In this document: piece after piece, positions 25,311 to 36,946 of the stretch | Layout of the letters: the number at the start of each line of letters is the position of its first letter | Numbering within the stretch: the first letter of the stretch is position 1 | Assembly (NCBI RefSeq): GCF_002571385.2 | Contig: NW_019218126.1 | Coordinates: 124,869-178,733 of the forward strand | Length of the DNA stretch: 53,865 bases | Source of the DNA: Stylophora pistillata | Taxonomy: Eukaryota | Direction: 5' to 3' | The notes under the pieces: generated by a model | The model's database searches: none | Seen by the model: only the letters and a program-made list of their open reading frames with translations | What the model was told of the DNA's origin: nothing | Made by a program: the position numbers and the translations under genes

Positions 25311-25630
25311 GGGAGGCATGGTGGCCTCATGGTTAGTGCACTTGACTCCAGTGAGAGCAGTCTGGGTATGAGCCCCAGCCAAGGACATTGTGTTGTGTTC
25401 TTGAGCAAGACACTTTACTCTCACAGTGCCTCTCTTCACCCTCACAGTGCCTCTCTTCACCCAGGCGTTTAAATGGATACCAGTGAATTTGATGCTGGGG
25501 GGTAACCCTGCAATGGACTAGTATTCCATCCAGGAGGGAGTAGAAATACTCCTAGTTGCTTCATGCTATGGAAACTGGAGTTAAGTGAAGGCCTGATGGG
25601 CCACTTGGCTTGTAAACAGACTCTACCTTG
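25311..25630 (+). mobile_element. tRNA-derived SINE with an internal 21-bp tandem duplication
   Basis: A-box-like GTGGCCTCATGG head; body TGTGTTCTTGAGCAAGACACTTTACTCTCAC...GGGGGTAACCCTG; CTCACAGTGCCTCTCTTCACC twice; deleted copy at ~45010-45070. Confidence 0.8.
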
Positions 25631-26694
25631 TACTTAGTACTTGATGAAACTCGTTCTTCAAGTCTAAAGCCACAGCTTTTATTTTGGCAACTCTGTTTTG
25701 AAACTGCATGATCACAAAATCAGTAACTAAGGTTTTTTTAAGTAGAACTTCCCGCTCTCAAGCAGGTTGAAAACTGACTTGAATATTAAAAAGGTCATTG
25801 TAAAGAACTTTTGTATAATCATGAAATATCAGGTATCAAAAATCAACAATTTGTACTTTCTTCAAACATCAGTCTAACACCTGAACTTAGAAATAATAAA
25901 AGTAAGAATCGATAAAAGTATACAGATATACATGGTACCGATCGTAGAAGTAGTATCTTGAAATCCCTAAACGAATTCCGAATCTTTTAACACTGTTCAC
26001 TAACTATGAAAAAAAAATTTGCAACACGAAAAAGTGATGCAGGAGCTTAGCTTCTTTAATTCCTAAACTGCTGATTTAATTTTACGCGAGAACTTATGAC
26101 TGTTTTAATTGATAGAAAATATATGCAAGTGTCTATAATTATAGTATTCCATCGGTATGGTTCGACCAAAACTGCAAATAAGAGTAATTTCCTGAAAAAG
26201 AAAGTTTCTAGATGCGAAATATATCAATATAACTATACTGTTTGTCTTTTGAATCACCTCATTTGAGTTTACTCATACATCTACACATCTATTTATACAT
26301 TTAGAGTTCTTCTGGCCATTTTCCGTTTGGATCATTCTTGTTCTTTCAATTTTCGAGGTCTTCTTTCCTGGTACAAAAGAAAATAACAACATGTAAAAAC
26401 CCGACAGAATTTTGCTAAGTCTAAGCAAAACAGCTATGCCAAGCACTATACGCTGGAAAACAAAATGGTTCCTGCTTGCATCAAGATTGTTTGAGAAACT
26501 CATCTGACATTCTATTTTTAACGCGTTACCGAGATCTTTAATTATTGTTCTGCGAAATCAAATAGTTATAAAGTTGCTTGTTATATTCAGGATCATAATT
26601 TACATGATAAATGGACATGATCATCAGCGAGAAGACAGAGCCAGCTGCCTATATTTAGTATAAACAAATGTCAAACACCTTGTCTGACTGATTC

Positions 26695-29600
26695 TTACCT
26701 CTGTTTGCCAAACTCCAACTTCACGTCATCTCCAATCAGCATAAATGAGGCCCAGTCACGCACCCTGGTGAAGCCGTTATTCCTCATCCACTTCATGGCC
26801 TGGTGAAGGGATTCACTGGCACTTTCTCCATCAACAAGGTGTTCGTAGAACTGACGCATGACCTGTTCTGTGGCTGCGTCTGGTATGGCCCACAGGGCAA
26901 CCAACACCGACCGAGCACAGGATCCTAAGAACGCTCGGGCGATTCCTATAACTCCCTCGGCCTTGATCTGTCCATTTGCACTGTGGCAACAACTGAGAAC
27001 TACCAGTTTAGCTCTGATTTTTACTCGTGAAATGTCTCCCATTGTCAACATATAGGTATGCTGGGGTGGAATGATGTCTGGAGTGTCGGGGGTAGGAATA
27101 GGAGAGAGAGCAATTTCTCCTCTTTCGGCGTCACCATGGGCTGCAAAATGTATCAGACTCGCTGAAGTTATCTGTTCAAGTACAGCTTGCTTCGTTGCTT
27201 TCTCCCCTACCAGAGGGGAAACGCCCACCAGTCTTCCAACCATCTATACTTCCTTTTCAGCACACGGTAATGGCAGCAGCCAGTTAACCTTGGGATTTCC
27301 CACCACCAGTGCACCAGTGTTGCTGTGATAGTCCAGTGGACTGTCTTGTATGAGCTTAAGTATCGTTAAAGAAGGAACAACGCGGATCCTATGACTCTCC
27401 GAGAAGTATGGGGCTCCTTTTTCTTGAAGAGCTGCAAATGGAACTTTGTACAAGCTTCTGTGTGGAACAATAATGACTTCAGGCTCTTCAAGAAAATCAT
27501 AGATTGGGGCAATAAAGATTTCGTAACACCGGGATAGACTTGAAATTTCCTCCTCGTTGTTGTCTTCCTCTATAAGTCGTGATGTTGCAGAGGTCCTCTC
27601 CTTTGATGAAATAGCTTGTGGTTCACGCATTTGCAAAGACCGATCTTCACACTCTTCCGTGGGCAAGCAACCAAAACTACGGAAACTGTCCGCCAAAACC
27701 TCAACCACAGAAGAATCTTTGGTGAATTTAGCCTTAACGACATTTTCCTCCACTGATATTTGTTTAAAATGGAGGGCTCCGCTTGTTTTCAAGATCCACA
27801 AATTCACCTTGCTATAAAAATAAGAAACATACAGGAAAGTACATCTGTTTTCCTTTCTCACAATGTTTTCAATGCCAAACCAAGAATGTTTCTTAGCACA
27901 AATGTGCGTTTCAATTGAGTACTTCTCTGCCATCAGGTCTGATAGGCCTGCAGCTCGCCCCAATTCTTCTACATATAGAGCATCATGCGGACTTCCGGTG
28001 ACACAAAGCGACCAGCTTAGCAACTGGATGGAAATTTCACCCCTCTCCTCCAAAAATGATGTCTTAAACTGATCATTAATCCCAAGAAAATTTCTCAGTT
28101 CTTCGAATTTAGTAATGTTCTGGTGTAGATACCAAAGGGCATCTTTAAGTTTGTTTTGATGTAAAAATAATATCGAGTAACCAAACAGGACTTGCAACTC
28201 AAGGTTACGTCCTTTAATAATCTTGGATATGTAAAGTGCCTTCTCTAAACATGCTTCCGCAACTTGGTAATCACCAAGCACCGTAAACAAATTTCCCAAG
28301 TTTGCGTAATCTGCTGCTTCTCCTTCTCTGTCGCCAATTTCAGTTCTAATGTGGAGCGCTTTTCTAAGATACTCTTTGGCCTCGACGTATTGACCAAGTG
28401 AAGAAAAGACAGTTGCTAAGACTCCGTAACATTCGGCTTCTTTCCTCCTGTTGCCACTATCGATCCTGATGACTAGCGCTTGTTTGAAATAGTCTTTAGC
28501 CTCAACGTTTTGCCCAAGCGACTTAAACACCTTTCCTAAGTCAGTGTAAGCTTCTGCTTCTCCGTCTCTGTCGCCAATATCAATACTGATGGCAAGGGCT
28601 CTCTGATTGTGCTCTTTCGCTTTGATGTACTCCCCAAGCCATTCGAAAACTGCTCCTAAGCTGCCGTAACATGATGCTTCTCCTTTTCTGTCCCCAACTT
28701 CAATACTGAAGGTAAGGGCTCTCTCCACATACTCTTTGGCCTTGACGCAGTCCCCAAGAAAGATAAAAACAGTTCCTAATTTTATGTAAGATGCTACCAC
28801 TCCCTTTCTGCAGCCAATTTTAGTTGTAAAGGCAAGAGATCTTTCAAGATACTCTTGAGCTTTGTCGTATTCCCCAAGCGACATAAACAGTGTTGCTAAG
28901 TTTATGTCGTCTGTTGCATCACCACTTCTGTCGCCGATCTCAGTTCTGATCACAAGCGCTTTTTCGAGATACTCTCTGGCTTTGACATACTCGCAAAGCG
29001 ACAGAGACATCTGTCCCATGTTTCCGTAACATGTTGCTTCTCCTTTTCTGTCGCCAATTTCAGTTGTAATGGCAAGAGCTTCTTCGAAACACCTTTTAGC
29101 CTCAACGTTTTGCCCGAGCGTGCTAAACACAGTTCCTAAGTTGATCAAATATAATGATTCCCCGTTTCTGTCGCCAATTTCTCTCTCTACGACTAAAGCT
29201 TTTTTGAAATACTCTTTAGCCTTGTCGTTTTTCCCGACCAAGTAAAAAACGGTTCCTAAGTTTCCATAATCTGCTGCTTTTCCTAGTCTGTCGCCAATTT
29301 CAGTTCTAATGGCAAGGGCTTTTTCGAGATACTTTTCAGCATCGACGTAATTCCCGAGCGATTTAAATACAACTCCTAAGTTTCCGTAACATGTCGCTTG
29401 CTCTTGTAGGTCGCCAATTTCGATTCTAATAGAAAGGGCTCTCTCGATATGCTCTTTCGCTCTGACATATTCCCCAAGTGACTCAAACACAGCTCCTAAG
29501 TTTACGTAAGATAACGCTTCTCCGTCTCTGTCGCAAATTTCAATTGCGATGGCAAGGGCTCTCTCGAAATACTTTTTCGCCTTGATGTATTCACCAAGTT

Positions 29601-30042
29601 TATAAAACATGGTTCCACATTTTCCACAGGCGTTTATCTCTCCTATTTTATCCCCCGTTTGTGCCCTTATGTTAACCGCTGATTTGTAAAGTTGTTTGGC
29701 TTCTTTAAACTTACGCTGAATCTCGCATATCTGCGCCAGAATCATAGTTACGACTCCCTTCATTAATAAGTCATCAGACTCGTGTCCGAGGACTAGGAAT
29801 ATGCGACAGCATCTCTCGCAATTTATGTAGTCAGAGATATGATGGTAAACGCAGCAAAGAACAGCGAAGATGTCATTGAGACGAAGTTTGACAGATTGCA
29901 AGTCGTTATCTTCTGAGTTGTAACTCATCTTAAACAAACATTCATAGCACAATTTGATGGCCTTTTCAACGCGGTCCGTGTTCAGCAAGAACAGGGCAAC
30001 AGAAAAAGCTATAAAGATTATTTCCACTCTTTTCTTTTCCAT
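26695..30042 (-). pseudogene. TPR-array plus CHAT (caspase-like) protease, TTC28-like, with one in-frame TAG at 27244-27246 (pseudogene, null allele or split gene)
   Basis: About 12 40-aa TPR repeats; CHAT motifs IIVPHRSLYKVPFAAL, LVVGNP, LPCAEKE*, IHFAAHG (His), VVLSCC (Cys), ARAFL, WASFMLIG; both ORFs in the same frame. Confidence 0.85.
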
Positions 30043-32932
30043 CGCTATCCGTGTTTCCTAAACCAAATGATGTAAACAAGATATTTAGTAAAACAAAATG
30101 CAACACAAATGATTAAATCATCTGGATCATTCTCACTCTCTGAGAACAGGACGCTATATGTGAAAAGTATAAAAATAAAGGTTGTGACAATCAGAGATAG
30201 GAAACTTTTGTACAAAGCTGCTGGTGTTACAATCAGCATTGAATGGCGACTAGAAATTGAAGAGCCAAAAAGGAGCACTCAGATCAATTACCCAAGGTCG
30301 TTTTGAAAAAATTCCATGGTGTTTGTCGATTTGTATCAGGATTTTATGGTCGAACTAGAATTTCGTAGGACCTTGCATTTTGGTCTTTTCATCGCGTGAG
30401 GAAAGTCAGAAACTTCTCTTCCCAGCCCCCTATTTTCTAACTAGCCCGCCTTTTTTTCGCTTTCATGCGAAAAAGAAAAGAAAATTCGAGCAAAATAAAC
30501 AAATACAGCCATAAGGAAATCAACGATGCTGCATCGCGAGTATCCATAGGAATCAGCAAGAAATAGTCCACAGTAAATATAAACACTGCGTAAGCCTTCA
30601 ATTCTTTGTACCAGCCTTCACAACTTATTTTTGATGAAGCCCCTTAAGATCAAGCTTCTTTATTTCCTGTCTATGAGTAATACAACACGTATAATAACTG
30701 ACAATTTTTTTTATTTTTGCCTCAGTACTCTTTGACATTTCGTGCCCAGTTAGGGACAGTCCGAACATTAACTTAATCTTTAGTTTTATTTATTCATCTA
30801 CTCATGGATTTAACTAACATACTGGAGATTCTTTTCCGTGATTTTATCGAGAACATAATTTTTTTCGGTTTTATATACCGTGCTATGTAGCTCATCATTG
30901 ACCTAATAAAGATTTAACAGTGTAGTTTAACGAGTTTAGGTGTGTTCATTGTTGACCCAACGAGAAGGATGAACTTCGATAAAAAAATTCCATGAAGTTT
31001 CCTGATATTTCTCCAAGAATGGCAACATTTGAAAACATCGTACCAGCGGTCCATTTGACAAGTGACGAGCTCACTTAACTGGGATTGAAAACTGTTTTCA
31101 AAAAAGGCGTAGTCTTATCCTAGCAGACGAGGATAAATCGTAAGATGCAAAGCCACAAAGGCTTGACAATGCGGCTCTGGGACAAATCCATTTCATTGGA
31201 GGTGATTTGTGTACAATGCGACATCTCTTGCTAGTCCCACGACAAAGATTAATGAAACAGTACTTTAAAACTTAGGCTTTGCGGTAAGAACATTACCTTT
31301 TCAAAGTAACTATATATGTATTTTCTGTGTACATGAAGCTAAGAAATATACCTAAGTATTGTATCATATAAAACCTGGGTTCCCATGTAACATTATCAAT
31401 CGTAATTTGTAAGATGTTGACTTCGTGGCTGCAGCATTTGAAACCGAAAGGACAAAATAAATACTGAATTTCCCCCACAGTTAAAAACGTCCGCCATTTA
31501 ACAAACCCTACCCTTGCTTTTTTATAATTCCGATGACAACACCCTCACTCAGTTTTATAACACCGTTTTCCAGTTATATGTATTGAAGTAAAAACCATCC
31601 AATCATGACATTTTAAAGTGGTTCTGAACTTTAGAGTCGAAATTTGAATAGTATCTACTTACATAGGAGTTGGATCATTTTATTTCACTCACACAACATC
31701 TATTGTCGGGTTTTCTTTCAAATCAGCTCCAAAGTCGCTTTGAAACACTTAATGAACACTTACTGAAAATTTTACTCCAGGATCGTGGCCTAATAAGTCT
31801 GTCTGGAACTACAGGGAAGTGTACATTTTTGGTTTCTTTGATGACGTGAGGGAGGAAGTTACTATTGCCAGTTGCTCGCTAGTACCAGTCTCCCTTATTC
31901 TTGTAGGTAACGAATAATCGTCACATTTTAAACGAATGTCTCGCATGTGTGGCGTAACAAATCAGTCATACCAGCTGACCGATGGGGGCCGGAATGAAGC
32001 TTACTTTACACTAAAAATAAATAAAGCGAGTTCTTTAACTTCCAGTCACTTATTACTATGATTGGAGCGAAATCAGACACGTTGTATCTGCTTCTCGCGC
32101 GTGCGTGTCATCGACTCAAGTATCTTCTTTCACGTGATCGTGGCATGGCTTTCACAAGAAAAAACAAAAACACCAGAAAAACAGTAAACTAACTCACGCA
32201 AAGAAGCCGAATATTCAGAGAAATTAACGAGGAAAAGATGCAGGCAGGTTCTAGGTGCTTATTTTCCTCGATCATTTGCATTGCAGCTAAAGATTAAACG
32301 ACTTAAGGATAAACAACCATCTTAAAAACATTTTTCTCGTGTTATTCATGAATGACACAGGGGAAGTGTAAATTAACACCGTTTTCAGTTCCTTTGAGTA
32401 TGAATTGGAAGGATTGTGTACGAAATCGAATTCATTTCACTTTGGTAATGATTTTCGTACAACACAACAAAATAACTTGATAGCCCTCGAAGACATGATC
32501 GACAACACAATATCCATGCTTTGCCATACGACCTTCTTTATGCGAAGTTACTAAATGATCATAAAATTTTTTGATTAAGTCCAAACAAAAAAAATAAGAA
32601 AAGAAACCCTGGGTACCGATGCAACACTGATAATCGTACTTAATGAGAAGTTTACTTCGCGTCTGATGCTTTTGAAACCGAAAGATCAGAATAATGAAAG
32701 ACATTCGAAAAGTTTTCCATCACTCCAAAACGTCCGCCCATCGACCAACCTTTACCGTGATTGTTCATCATTCACATAGGAACACAAAATTTCAAACGCC
32801 TTGAAGAAAGTTAATGTATAAGAACCATACATTACTTTCATGTTCATTTTCACATTCTAAATTATTACTGAGAGATTTGATAAGTGTAATAGAGAGGTAG
32901 GTTTACAATTTATTTGATCGTAGTGAAATTTA

Positions 32933-33117
32933 ATAGACCACTTTCATAAATGGCTGCCGAATTAATATTCTTTTGTTTAAATTTAAATTAGCCCTACTGG
33001 CCTCGTTCTCCAGTGCAAAATTCAAAAGAATACATTATCTCAAGCAAGGCCAGTAGGGCTAATTTAAATTTAAACAAAAGAATATTTATACGGCAGCCAT
33101 TTATGAAAGTGGTCTAT
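32933..33117. mobile_element. Foldback MITE with ~70-bp inverted arms
   Basis: ATAGACCACTTTCATAAATGGCTGCCG...CCTACTGGCC / GGCCAGTAGGG...CGGCAGCCATTTATGAAAGTGGTCTAT. Confidence 0.85.
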
Positions 33118-34498
33118 GGCTTTCATCGATGGAAGCTAAACCGCGCATGTAACTGTCTCACCAAACTTAAACATCGTAGCGTGAGGTGTAATCAAAGGAA
33201 CAGTCTACTAATAGAATTTACGCTGCTTAGTTTCTGGTTTGTCTGTTCGCGGGGAAAAATGAAACAAAACATGACGTGAATCAAAGGCAAAAATATTGAT
33301 AAATTAAATCCATGCATAGAGCAGTTACGAGAATCACCTTCTCCGGTGAACCTCAAGGCCCTTTGTCAACACAGACACAGTGTCTCTGGTTTACCGCCCT
33401 CAAGACCCAACCAATAATATGTGTAACTAGCGACAAGCCTAAGTCATTGGGAGTACCAACGAGAACAGCAGAGAGAATTACAAGAAGAATAGCTTTCATA
33501 AAAAGTGTATAGATCGACTCAAATAGTGAATGTTATACGTACCCTTTGAATGAAATAATTGTCAGTCCACGATGGGTTAGTAAGTCACACCAGTGTAAAA
33601 CGGTTGTTCAAAACAAAACGAGTCCCTCGAGCAACACCAAATAAAGGTTTCTTCAACTTCACTAAAAATAGAATCCAATCAGAACACAGGATTCGCCCAC
33701 GGCATGTTCGATGGCATGTTCAGTGAGCTTTGAGAGACATGGGATGCACCGATTAAATTTTTTTGATGGCTTTGGGCATCGTCAGCAAATTATCGGGGCA
33801 TTTTCTGAAAACGCACAAAGTCTAGCGAATCTGACGTAGTACACAAGGTATAGCATATCTTTTATAGTTCTTCTGCTTTTGTAAACTAGTTGTTATCGAT
33901 CTTCAATCAGATTCTTCCCAACACGAAATTCTTATAAAATTAGACCATAGATACCTGTTCCGAATTTCATTCCCACATAAGGTAATCTAATCACTACCAT
34001 CTTCTTTAGATTTTGCCATCCGCTCAAGATTTACAACAAACTTCTTTCCTTAACTATTCACAATGACAGCTTGAAGTCAGTTTAACTATAAAATATATCA
34101 TTTCAGAGATAAAAGCATTTTCTCCAGCTTCTTATACATGGTAACAAATTTTCCTGTGCTGTTATCAAATGAAATAATGATACAACGTGACCTGATTGGT
34201 TGAGTGATACCGCACAGGTGGTGATGACGTCACAGTACATAAGTTTTACAAAAATATAAAACTACCCCTTTCCAGTCCCTATGTTCAATTCAATCAATCA
34301 TATTTGCATTGACCTTCCAAATATGATTGGTTATATTTTCATATGCTATAGTTTCTTTTAAATCTTGTTTTCCTTGTTACTATGATGATCAAACCTATAA
34401 CAAAATTCTTGGACGTGATTGGTTATTACCAGCCCAGTTTCAACCCGTATTGGACTCCACTCAAACCTATCACTATTACTGACTGTGTGGTACGTTGT

Positions 34499-34709
34499 CA
34501 ACCTCGCTCCCCGGGCTTTTCCCTTTTTGAATTTTGGCGGGCGGGAAACCTACCGCCATATTTGTTTAGGTATACTGATCGCGCTACGAAAATTAGCATA
34601 AATTATCAGATTTCGTAAGCCAATCAAAAACAAGAACTCATCAGCCAATGCCAGAGCCTTTTCCCGCCCGCCAAAATTCAAAAAGGGAAAAGCCCTGGGA
34701 ACGAGGTTG
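34499..34709. mobile_element. MITE with 9-bp TSD (Mutator-like)
   Basis: ~50-bp TIRs CAACCTCG...GGCGGGAAA / TTTCCCGCC...CGAGGTTG; TSD GTACGTTGT at 34490-34498 and 34710-34718. Confidence 0.9.
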
Positions 34710-34745
34710 GTACGTTGTTCGATAACGACATCCTTGCCATACAAA

Positions 34746-34815
34746 ATTCTATGTTGTCTTTGTTGTCTTTGTTCTATGTTGTCTTTGTTGTCTTTGTTCT
34801 ATGTTGTCTTTGTTT
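34746..34815. repeat. Minisatellite (TTCTATGTTGTCTTTGTTGTCTTTG)x~3
   Basis: Direct reading. Confidence 0.8.
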
Positions 34816-34928
34816 ACATGATGAGCCAGTTGATAACTCCGGCGACGCTGCTTTTGGGAGACAAAGTCTCTTCGTTCTTCACTGAAAACATTAATTCTCT
34901 GCTGATGTAGTTAAAACTGCAAGAGTTG

Positions 34929-36910
34929 TCAACCAGGTGCCTGCATAGAAGCAGCGGTCATCAGTACTTGAGCATGTTCTTGAGGCAGTTCTGCAAGAAT
35001 GTTCTGGAATCTTTGTGGAGATTGTTGATGAATTTTTTGTATCACACTGACAAGTCCTGAACGAATACCTAAAAATACATATATAATCAGACAAATTTTC
35101 TTGGATCGAAGTTTCTTACAAGACTTTCATTGTTTATTTTAGAGAGGCTACTAAGAAAGAAGAATGAAAACTTCTTGTTTCTTTGATTTAACAATAAAAA
35201 TAGCGAATAATAAAAGAAAAGAAGTCAAAAGCAACTCAGAATATTCAACCATGCCCGTCAAATACATGTCATCATTGGAAAACACAAAGCTACTGGTCGC
35301 CCTAGCGACGGGGAGTAGATAAGTAAAATTGACTACGAAATCCATTAACATTTTTACATTACTAGTTTCTCCTGTGACCTAATATAACTGCACCCAGTAA
35401 ATCTTATGTAACTCACCGTCTTGTAGAGTGTCAGAGGGAAGAACTTGAGAAAAAACTGCGAGAAGTTGTGGTAAATATTGCCTTATGAGAGGATGCTGAT
35501 CACTAAACAGTTCTATAATGCATGAATAAACGGGATTGTTTTCTTCAAAATCTTCTTTCAAGGGAAGACACTGTAATAATCCTGGAAAAACCTGCAAAAG
35601 CAGAGGAAGACGATGTAGTCGGATGATCCTGCAGAGGCGGAATGCTGAGTGCATCTTACTGCTTAAGGCTCTTACCCTAGGTCATCCCCTTCCCCTCCCC
35701 CTGTTGGTTTTCCCTGTCATTGTGAGGCAATGCGAGAGTGAAAGGTCTTGCCCGTGAACACAACACAAAGACCCGTCCAGGGTGACAGGTATTGCCTCCC
35801 CATTCCTCTCTACAGAGGAAAATAAACTGAATGCAAGAAAAGTGAAGCAAATGATAACATTAACTCTGACCTTTTCCAGAGGAATAAAATTCCTATTTGC
35901 CATAACCATCCTACTCACAGCTCCACAAATGTTGTCCACCACTCGAGGAGGTTGATTTTGGGACAGGATCACAAACAGAGCCTCTAAAATGGTTGGATAA
36001 TGACTTGAAACTTGTTAAGAAAACACACAAAAATGCCGGATCCCCACAAATGATCTCCAGAAAAACAGTACAGAAACTTTATCGCTACGAGTCGTCTTTG
36101 AGAGGCCGCGAAATACCGGACTTCCAGTACCTCTTCAGGGCGAAAGTTAAATTTAAATGTATTCATATTACGCCTTGAAAAAAAAGGTGAGCATTGTGAC
36201 TGAATAATTCAACACGGAAGGATACGGTGTGATCAGGTCTCCTCCATAGAAAGCCATAATACCAAGGCCATAGATTGCGTTACTTCTCACTTCATCATCC
36301 TCGTCTTTGAGTGACGTCATAAAAACAGGGAAGAGATGCTGTACAAAGGGAACTATGGCGTGGCCCATGGCAAGCATTACCTATCAAACAACATGTATGG
36401 CGTTACATTAGCCGCATGTGTACCACAAAATGTTGCTCTCTCTCCTTGTCTAACACTTCTGGAAGTATTACAGTCTATGATTTGACATTACAAGTAACAT
36501 TCGACTGTGAAAACTGATCGCCCTGAAAAGGACTGCCTTTAGTTGTAGTGACTGACGTTTCGACAACCTTGGCGGAAGTCATCATCAGAGCCGAGAGAAC
36601 TGTCGTTAGACGAGTGTTATAAATCCAGTTTGTAAAACTGTTGGTCCGTTTTTCCGTGATGTTATTGGCTGTAAGATTTAAGTAAGTGGGTAGTGATTGG
36701 TCAACCAAAGGCTTTCTGTGGGCGGTAGCAAACATTTGTCCCCCTAACAGAACAAATCAAACAGGTGAATAAATAAACGAAATCCACAGAAACTTACCTC
36801 TGAGATTGTTCCAATGGCAAATGATTTATCGGATACCGGGCAAGATTTTCTCTGCGAGAAGGAATACACTAAGTTGTTTGATGCTTCAAAATAATAATAA
36901 TAATAATAAC

Positions 36911-36946
<36 letters not shown>

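Noticed and set aside
21112-27246. Selenocysteine recoding system (SCLY next to a gene with an in-frame stop)
   Set aside because: The stop is TAG, not TGA; SCLY has no in-frame TGA and I saw no convincing SECIS element
28210-29655. CRISPR-like array from the regular 120-nt periodicity
   Set aside because: These are in-frame coding TPR repeats in a eukaryotic gene, with no repeat-spacer structure
30045-30278. 77-aa hydrophobic ORF just upstream of TPR-CHAT
   Set aside because: Non-ATG start, AT-rich, and spans a likely splice acceptor (TTTAG near 30058), so probably intronic
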